A stretch of 64,000 bases of DNA. Origin: Octopus vulgaris (Eukaryota). A program made the position numbers and the translations under genes. How positions within the stretch are numbered: the stretch's first letter is position 1; each line of letters opens with the position of its first letter. The stretch is taken from the NCBI GenBank assembly GCA_951406725.2, contig OX597827.1:20398001-20462000 (forward strand), in the 5' to 3' direction. Below, piece by piece: positions 54,765 through 64,000 of this stretch. Under the pieces are notes generated by a model. The model saw nothing but the letters and a program-made list of their open reading frames with translations, did not search any database and was not told the origin of the DNA.

Positions 54765-54792
54765 AGTTGGACATATGCTTTGTATTAAGTGT

Positions 54793-54824
<32 letters not shown>

Positions 54825-54947
54825 ACACATACACACAGGTGAGTTGGACATATGCTTTGTATTAAGTGTACATACACACACATTTGTATGCACATGCTGG
54901 CGCACCCTCTCACACACACACGCACACACACACACAGACACAGACAG

Positions 54948-54987
<40 letters not shown>

Positions 54988-55355
54988 TAATACAAACATG
55001 CAAACACATAGATGAATAATCTTCAAGTTATTCATTCCGTTCGACTCCCTGACTGTTGCTGCTCCCGAAATCCCCACTCGGGACTAATTTAGTCAATGTT
55101 TCTTGTAAGAAGTACATCATATGTTGAAATATACACCATCGACTTTCAATTGGCACACATACACGCGCGCGAGCGCAAAGTGTATTTTTGTTGTTCAGTT
55201 ATGAAAACAAAGGTGTCCTAAAGAGATTTCTGGTGAAAATGTCTGGTTCTGTTGACGGAGATGAAGGTTTGTTGTAAGGCACACTGGGTAGGAGTTAAAA
55301 GGATCCACTTACAACGCACACAGCTACATACATACATACATACATACATACATAC

Positions 55356-55426
<71 letters not shown>

Positions 55427-55427
<1 letters not shown>

Positions 55428-55984
55428 TAGCGGGACCCGTGAATGTTTCACGGAATTAATGGTAAACTTATTGGATTATTTCTGAAAACTTTATCCCAAA
55501 ACCCTGAAAGCGTATCCTGTGTTGTGTCTGTATGGAAAGATAGTCACTCATCTGCTACTCATTGAGAAGTGAAGCGAATTGGAATGCGATGATTACTTAA
55601 TGCACTTTGTATTTATACTTTATATACTTTTTGCATAATTTTATAGACTTAATACACACCACTCTCTCTCACTCTTACAATCTTTTTCTTTCTCCCCCTT
55701 TTTCTCTCGCTTTTTGCCTTTCCCTTCAACTAATTAAGTGAAAGCTTTACAGACAGACTAAGTAATGAAGTAAAAAAAACTTAGTTTAAAAAATTTGCAC
55801 ATTTCACTTAGCATCATCCCTCCCTCCCCTCTCCCTCCACATCTCCTCCCTCCTATTCCCTCTCCCCTTCCCATTTCTCCTTCCCTCTCCCTTCCCTTTC
55901 CTCATCTGCCCTCCCTTTCACCTAATTGCGTGAAAGCGTTACGGACGGGCTAAGTAGCGGAGGAACAAGCAGAAGTATTATAAG

Positions 55985-55985
<1 letters not shown>
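55427..55985 (-). mobile_element. Non-autonomous Helitron, family H2, inserted in (TAA)n
   Basis: Minus strand A|TC...CTAG|T, hairpin CCGTGAA-TGT-TTCACGG near the CTAG end; homologue at 10047. Confidence 0.75.
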
Positions 55986-56035
<50 letters not shown>

Positions 56036-56039
56036 TTAA

Positions 56040-56228
56040 CAAGGCCTTCAAGTTCGGTAGCATGGGTAAGTCTATATCATCATCCACAGTGCTCAGCTGG
56101 TATTTATTTCATCGATCTCGAAAGGATGAAAGGCAAAGTCGACCTCGGCGTAAAGAGCGTAAAGACGGACGAAATGTCGCTAAACATTTTCCCCGGCACG
56201 GTAACGATCCTACAAGCTCGCCGCCTTA
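56040..56228 (-). mobile_element. SINE family 3 copy
   Basis: Reverse complement of the family 3 consensus with an internal deletion. Confidence 0.75.
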
Positions 56229-56569
56229 AATAATAATAATAATCACTATTATTATTATAAACGACGAAATCCTCTGTTTACAATTTCGTAATTGGTAAAA
56301 AGGAAAAAAAGAATCAGAAAAGAAAAAAAGGATAAAGAATATTTTGTCGAACAGTTTTGTGTAAATGTGATGAAATTCTCCTGTCATTTTATCCATGCCT
56401 CCAGGGCGTGATGCTATTAATTCACAAATATATTTGTCCTCATTCATTTTGAGAACTGAAAATGTAGTAGAGTCAGAATATTTTCTAAGAATTTTCTAAG
56501 AATTCATAGCCAGGGTACAAGAGCTGTGAGTTTTGCAGTAATTCGCCACAAATGTTCTCTTTTTCCTGG

Positions 56570-57250
56570 ATATTTAACTGTGCATTCGCATCCGCTGGAC
56601 AGCTGACCTCTACAACAGTGCATGACTGTTGGTCCCTGTCCTACAGAACAATATCAGTTCTGTTATGTTTGCGCCGAAATGATGTTTTAATTGAGGTGTT
56701 CCACCAGTATTCCTTGTTTTTAAAGGTGTGAATACCTGCCGGGTCTGAAATGCCTTTGATGTATACGTCAGGTCAGTTCTTCTTGCGGATATCATTGTAA
56801 ATAATTTTTGCAACTATATCATGCCTTAGGGGCAGGTAGTGTCTCGTAGACATTTTTAGACAGCTGCCTACGACATGGGTGATATCTTCCACACTGGTAT
56901 AGCAGAGTCGACATTTTTTATCACAACGTGGAGGTTTTTGTTTATCAGGAATTTAGTAGCTATCTCCTGTTCCTGGATAGCTAAAGCTAGGTGGGATGTA
57001 ATGTATCTATCGCATGTCCCGAAGGAGCTACTCTTCAATGCTGTTGTTGCCCTCTAGCTTACAGGATATGTACCCATGCATTCCTTTTTGTTGGCACGAT
57101 GCCTGCTTCTCCTCCAAGCTTCTATTTTATGTAGGCCAGTCCAGCCTCCATTGGGTCGCATGAGACAGTTGTATTCTCAGAGTACCTGCACAGTAGTTCT
57201 CCAACTCTGACGATGTTGTTACTCTCACTTTTGAGTATGCATGGAATTAC
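56570..57250 (-). pseudogene. Second R4/Dong-like LINE relic
   Basis: Minus strand KCRLCYTSVEDITHVVGSCLKMSTRHYLPLRHDIVAK (CCHC plus RHD motif) at ~56806-56916. Confidence 0.7.
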
Positions 57251-57348
57251 TCATTTCTTTCTTTACTGTTCAGCAGGTGTTGTCTGAATGATGTATGTAT
57301 GTATGTATGTATGTGTGTGTGTGTCTGAATGATGTATGTATGTATGTA

Positions 57349-57383
<35 letters not shown>

Positions 57384-58592
57384 ATTCTTCTGTTCTAAAT
57401 TACGTAATTTTTTCCTTTGAGGAAGGAGCTTTTAAACTTACAAATTGTAATGTGCGAGTTTGTTGTTGATTTCTTGCTTTTTGAAAACCTTAGTTTGCTT
57501 AGGAATTTACTTGTATGCATGCATGTATATATGTCCATCCGTCCTGACTAAGACACTTCAAACTGCATCTGGTAGTGGGACTCTGCTTCAGGGGTTTCAG
57601 GATTTTAAGGAATGTGCAAACACCTCCTGACCACTATCATTCCCAGGTCAACTCTGATCTGGAGTCGTAGTACCTGTTAGGGCCCCAGTTATGGGTTAAC
57701 TAGCATGTGTGGTGACATTCTGTCAGAACGCGGATACGCAGAAATGCCCTTATTTGGTGTGAGAGCGTGCACTAAAACCACTGAGAGCGAGGGACCTTTA
57801 GCTGTTGTTACAGCATCCTTCTAGGAGAGGGTTACTTTGATGTAAAACCTATGGCTTTACTTTATTTCTGGTCACTTCGCTTCGGCCTGTCATGAAGTAC
57901 TAATCACAGACACTCAGAGAGTGGTAACGAGCGCAGGTATAACCAATTGGAAGCACACAGTAAATTACAACTTTCAGGTGTCACTTAGGCTTCAAATCAT
58001 GGGACTGAATAGTCATCTAAGAGGTCATGGATGGAAAGTTAAAAACGCCATTGACAACCCGGAATCACAAGGAGTGGCAGTTATCTGTGAAGTTGGAGCA
58101 ATCAACTATACATGCATGCTTGCATGTATGTATGTATGTATGTATGTATGTATGTATGTATGTATGTATGTATGTATGTATGTATGTATGTATGTATGTA
58201 TGTATGTATGTATGTATGTATGTATGTATATATGTATGTATGCATGCATGCATGTATGCATGTATGTATGTATGTATATATGTATCTATGTGTGTATGTG
58301 TGTGTGTATGTATGTATGTACGTATGTATGTATGTATGTGTGTATGTATGTGTGTATGTATGTGTGTATGTATGTACGTACGTATGTATGTATGTATGTA
58401 TGTATGTATGTATGTGTATGTGTGTATGTATGTATATATGTATGTATGTATGCATGGGATGGAGTAAATATTTATTCTCGTAATACCAGATTAAGTGGAC
58501 ATGCATTTTCTAAATCTACCTACGACGTCACACATAAAATAAATTGATCGAGTTATATGTATAAGTTCTAAAGATTTAAATTCGGATACCTC

Positions 58593-58664
<72 letters not shown>

Positions 58665-59193
58665 TGTGCACGTGTGGTATAAAAAAAACCCAGATGATTA
58701 ACTATTTCATTAAACATCCAACATTGGTGGGTTGACATTTCATAAACCCCGTTAAACCCAATAACATAAACGTTGTGTCATTGGAATGAAATTACTTTGA
58801 AAATCTGTCTTAAATGAAATACTGTCGGCGATTAGGGTATTCTTTGAGGTTTGATATAAAGTATTTATTGATGAGGCAGTGATTCCAGACTTTACAAGGA
58901 AAAAAAGCAATTTATAAATATGTAGCGACATGTTGTATTTACTTTGTACATATCTTTGCGCGCGCGCGCGTCTCTCATGTATACGGTACATGCATATACG
59001 TAAAAAGAAACACACACACATACACGTGCCTAATTACCATAAGTTTCTAATAATGAATGCCTAGGATTATCCATATATATACACGCGATCGTGTGTATAT
59101 ATACTTCTAGAAAGCTAATTCTCGATCGAATACTTGGTCGTTAAAGACGTTCTTCCAGCTGCCTGTACAATTCCTTGAATTGCTTAACACAGA

Positions 59194-59257
<64 letters not shown>

Positions 59258-59351
59258 ACGATGAAAATAAACAGTTTGGGCTAGATATATAAAAATATAC
59301 ATATATATACATACATATGTATGTATACATACATATATATATATATACATA

Positions 59352-59427
<76 letters not shown>

Positions 59428-59795
59428 TATATACACACACACACACACATGTAAATATTCAGATGTTGAACATTCGTGTATAGATCTATTGATATATATT
59501 AACTTATACAGAGTACAAAGACACAGAAAATTAAGGGGAGAAGGTGTGGTTTTACAGGTCCTACAGCTGTTTCTTGGGGCTCGGAATTCATTATATATAT
59601 ATATGTATGTGTGTGTATGTGTGTGTGTATTGATATGTGACCGTGGGCGTATTTATAAATGTATTGTCTATAAACATGCTATGTGCTTTGATTTCCGACT
59701 AAAGATATTCTCTGTCAAGTAAGATCCTGGCTCTAATTAACCCCAAGATGTGGAACTGGTGACTGTGTTGGCACGGTGATGGTATAAATAGATTA

Positions 59796-60029
59796 CAAGG
59801 CGGCTAGCTGGCAGAGTCGTTAGCACGCCGGGCGAAATGCTTAGCAGTATTTCGTCTGCTGTTACGTTCTAAGTTCAAATTCCGCCGAGGTCGACTTTGC
59901 CTTTCATTCTTTCGGGGTCGATAAATTAAGTACCAGTTACGCACTGAGGTCGATGTAATCGACTTAATACCTATGTCTGTCCTTGTTTGTCCTGTCTGTG
60001 TTTAGCCCCTTGTGGGTAGGAAAGAAATA
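59796..60029 (+). mobile_element. Full-length SINE family 3 (Meta-domain-like) with 15-bp TSD
   Basis: A box AGCTGGCAGAGTCG, B box AGTTCAAATTCC; TSD GGTATAAATAGATTA at 59781-59795 and 60030-60044. Confidence 0.9.
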
Positions 60030-60774
60030 GGTATAAATAGATTAAACACACACACACACATACACACACACACGCACACACACAATGGCTGAAAAAATAT
60101 TCATATGTACATACGCAAATTCAACAAACAGAAGTGCATAAGCTTTCAATGACTCTGTGGGATTGGTGAATAATAAAGTAGTGATTTAGCTCTGCTTCAT
60201 TGCTCTATTTGTATAACTTGGAAGGTTTGGGGATCGGTACTGGACGAATTTGAGTGACATTATGTGCACGATGGAATTATCAAAAATTCTTTCAATCGGG
60301 TTGAAACCGGAACTTTGACTCTCGGGAGTGAACGAGGTGCAAACTCTACGTGGTCGCTCGATCAGCTAAAATTAGTAGCCACATATCTTTCAAACTATAT
60401 TGCATCATCTTTGAGAAAAAGGCGGTGGTTGGTGCGAAGACTCTTAGATAGCATAATGTAGTCATTGATACGATATCTGAAAATAGTGGTGGAATGTCAG
60501 TCGGCTGAATCAGTTCTCACACGGACACTGTAAACAACGACTCATTGTGTGCCCCCCCCCACACACACATGCACACATGCCAGATACTTAACTAGGGAGG
60601 CTCGAACGAAATACCTTTAACTACATCTATGTTTATAATATCGACCTAGCATGTATATAACCGATACGAATTAGGCTAATTGTGGAACCATATTGATAAT
60701 TGAGGAACCTACTAAGTCGATATCCTGGCAACGTCAGCGTGCGCGCATGTGTTAACCTTAAAAGGAGCAGTAGA

Positions 60775-61050
60775 GAATTGCCATTGTTATCCCACCTTTT
60801 TTATTTAAAAAAAAAAAAGGACAACCACACATCACCCGTCAATTATTGATCAGTCCATCACACTAGCTGTATCACCAAATTGATAGAATGCTGTGTCAGG
60901 AAGACGTTCCGCAATTTCTGAAACTCCCACCAACCTCATTCAAGTTGCACAGTTTGAAGCCAACCCACCCAATTCCATCATAATCAAGACGGCCGTTCCT
61001 GAGTGGACGTTATCTATCTCCATTTCATCAATGGTGATTTATACGAGCAG
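60775..61050 (+). pseudogene. Short CR1-group RT relic
   Basis: Nucleotide similarity to 18250-18510 (AGTAGAGAATTGCCA..TTATTGATCAGTC..CTGTGTCAG..GTTATCTAT). Confidence 0.5.
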
Positions 61051-61182
61051 TTAACTCCGGTTGCTTTATAAATATATTAACCTACATATTCCTTTTGGCT
61101 CCTCTGTATGCGTGTATGTGTATTATACACACAAATACGCACACATCTACAAATATATAACTATGTATTATACACACATCTT

Positions 61183-61304
<122 letters not shown>

Positions 61305-61789
61305 TACGCACACACACACACACACACACATATATATAAATAAAAAAATAGAGTCAAACGCAGGTGTTATTCAAATCATTTATACTTCCAACTTATGTTT
61401 CGAAGAAAGCATTGATATCATTCCGGAGGGAATAAAAATGATAAAAAACAATGCAATTATCTCGTCAGGGAGAAAAGAGAAATAAATCACATCAATAAGC
61501 CATTTTAACTGAATGTAATTACCGCGTATGTGATGAAGGAGAACGCTGGCAAGTTATTTTTTAAAAAAACGTTAATAGATTTAACGGCAAAGGTAATTTA
61601 GAGAAGGATGAGAAAGAAAGAAATTAACAGAAAATTATGAGTGGAGAAATATAGTTTGATAGATGAATAGGAATAAAGCTTAAAAGCATGGAAATAGATA
61701 TATGTAGTGGAAATTTTATAGATTGGTAGAAATTACTTATAGAGACTAAAGGTATGTTTTTGCCAATGTTTACAACGATAAAAGCGTTC

Positions 61790-62110
61790 TTTAAACATAT
61801 TTACAAGAGCATTCTCAGAGAAAAGGATGAAAAATTGTTCTTCGTTACAGAGCGGATATAAAGATTTACCTTTGTCATATGGGTAGGATCTAGATAGAAT
61901 TTTCCATTCCAAATCGAATTGTTTATTATGTTCCTTTAGAGACTAAATTAATTTACTAAACACAGTATTGTTGAGTTTATTTATATGTCTAAATGTAGAG
62001 TAATGGTTAGATATTCTTTTCGACAACTGAGACGATGAGCTACCTATGTAAAGAAAGACATCAGAACCGGAAGTAATTTTACATTGATAAACAGAGTTTT
62101 TAGTTTTAGA
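61790..62110 (-). pseudogene. Penelope-like element GIY-YIG endonuclease relic
   Basis: SVYQCKIT..FLYIGSS..LSKRISNHYSTFRH..T.FSKLI*SLKE..LEWKILSR..Y..LCNEEQFFIL; bracketed by a 38-bp inverted repeat (61351-61388 / 62134-62171). Confidence 0.8.
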
Positions 62111-62612
62111 ATTACTGCTAAGGAAACGAATACGAAGTATAAATAATTTGAATAACACCTGCGTTTGACTCCATTCCTTAATTTATCCATGTTACACAAA
62201 AAACATTTCACTTAACCCTGGAATTTCTACCATTATAAGTAGGCTGTAATATCCTTGGCACTTCTGTGAATTTTTGCTCCTCTAGTAACTATTTATTTAT
62301 TTATTTATTTATTTATTTATTCCGTATTGTGCAAAATTGTGGGTTCAATTCCCTGACCAGGCGGTGCGTTGTGTTCTTGAGCAAAATACTTCGTTTCATG
62401 TTGCTCCAGTTCACTCAGCTGTAAATGGGTACCCCTGCGAAGGAATAGTCTTTCGATCAGAGGGAATGTTGACCTGCCCACCTGGCCAGCGAGGTAGGAT
62501 CGTTTCCACAACTAAAACCAAGCGAAGCGCATTGTGATCAATAATATGCAACAACATCCGATAGTCTGGTTAATACCGTGGTACCGTGTGAAATATACAT
62601 ACATACATACAT

Positions 62613-62679
<67 letters not shown>

Positions 62680-62680
<1 letters not shown>

Positions 62681-63413
62681 TAGCTGAATTACCCGGTAGC
62701 AGGGGTTATTTCCTGTTCCCGTTCCCATTACACTGTTTAATATCCTATCCCGTTCCTTGCTCAGTTCCCGTTTTAGTTCTGCTCCCATCCCTATCCCTAA
62801 TCCTATATCAATACGTACACACAGGTAATCACGAGTTTAAAATGGAGTATAGTAGACATATATATATATGTATGCATGTATGTATGTATGTATGTATGTA
62901 TGTATGTATGTATGTATGTATGTATGTATGTATGTATGTTTGTTTGTATGTATGTATGTCTGAGTGAGTGTTTCTTTGTGATGGACAGCAGAAAAGCCAT
63001 CAACCCCCTCTCCTTAAAGCTATGCATTCCTCACACCCACCTTTCTGTGTGTGTGTGTGGTTTCTATATATTTACGAAAGTATGTATGCAGCGTCGCGTG
63101 TATATGACTGCTTTATTAACGTTACCATCCGATTTTCACCGCTGTTCTCGCCTTCACTGATATAACTCACCCTCTCTCTGTTACTACCCCAGTCTTATAA
63201 TTTTGCAACCTTCCCATTTTATCATATAATTCGCCCGACGCCCCTGGAGGGCACATTATAGATTTTTATTGAAATCCAAATAGCCTATTATTGAAGTGGA
63301 TGTTAGTGTCACATATATGCAACGTTTCGTAAGTATTGGTTTGGTGGTTTAGGCACTAAATTGGTAACAGACGGACAGAAAGACAGACAGAAAGTGCCAT
63401 TTATATGTATAGA
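62680..63413 (-). mobile_element. Non-autonomous Helitron-like element
   Basis: Minus strand A|TCTATACATATAAAT...CTAG|T; (ACAG)n near the 5' end as in 10504-10867. Confidence 0.6.
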
Positions 63414-63635
63414 TACGTGTGTGCGTGTGTATGTGTGTTATGCGTTCATACATACGTGCACACACACATACACATACCTTAAAACTAGATAAGTATAAAC
63501 TGTTATATTATTTGGTATATCAGTGGGTAATTTTTCGGTTATGCTATATTTTTTGAATAACTTTGATATCAATCAGACAGAAATTGAAGCAATTCTTGGT
63601 GCAGATAGCAACAATAGTATTAGTCCTTTTGTTAA

Positions 63636-63876
63636 GCCTTCGTTAGTCACCTGACCTTTCCGAACATGGTTAGTCACATGGGGTGTTTACACACCCCGAT
63701 ACAAAAATATTTGTTGTTTTAGTATTGTGTAAAATATCCTCATTCTGTGGGTTCAGTATATATCAGCAATCACACTGAGGGGTTCGAAACCCTTGTAGTT
63801 GATTGACATTAATATAAAACAATACAATAAAATAAACACACCCTCACTAAATCAGAAGAGAAGAGGAAGGAAGCAA

Positions 63877-63932
<56 letters not shown>

Positions 63933-64000
63933 GTTGCCAACTAGAAATTATGATAATTTAACAAAATTTGGGGTGACAACACACCCCATGTGATTAACGA
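63636..64000. mobile_element. TIR element (piggyBac-like MITE) running off the window end
   Basis: TTAA at 63632-63635, then TCGTTAGTCAC and TTAGTCACATGGGGTGT, inverted at ACACCCCATGTGATTAACGA (63981-64000). Confidence 0.5.

Noticed and set aside
58690-58930. Possible Penelope RT remnant on the minus strand
   Set aside because: Motif resemblance is too weak to support without an alignment.

Overview
This is AT-rich, microsatellite-dense eukaryotic DNA. I infer a coleoid cephalopod (octopus) from the SINE families and the [16 protein letters not shown] zinc-finger style. The only intact protein-coding sequence is a 9-finger C2H2 zinc-finger ORF (8449-9402, +). The rest is transposon-derived or simple repeat: three tRNA-derived SINE families, a GG-ended 8-bp-TSD MITE with internal TTAGGG repeats, hAT MITEs, non-autonomous Helitrons, and relics of CR1, RTE, R4/Dong, L1/Tx1 and Penelope-like (GIY-YIG) retrotransposons. 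The most unusual signal is a high density of fold-back palindromes, including a ~2.47 kb near-perfect one centred on (TA)n. Many of their arms carry minimal hammerhead-ribozyme-like motifs (CTGANGA..stem II..GAAA..palindromic stem III..NTH) of the type known from Penelope-like pseudo-LTRs. Most cores deviate from consensus and none is tested for activity. A 100-N gap at 20267-20366 is flanked by a ~1.1 kb false duplication. All coordinates and alignments were read by eye.
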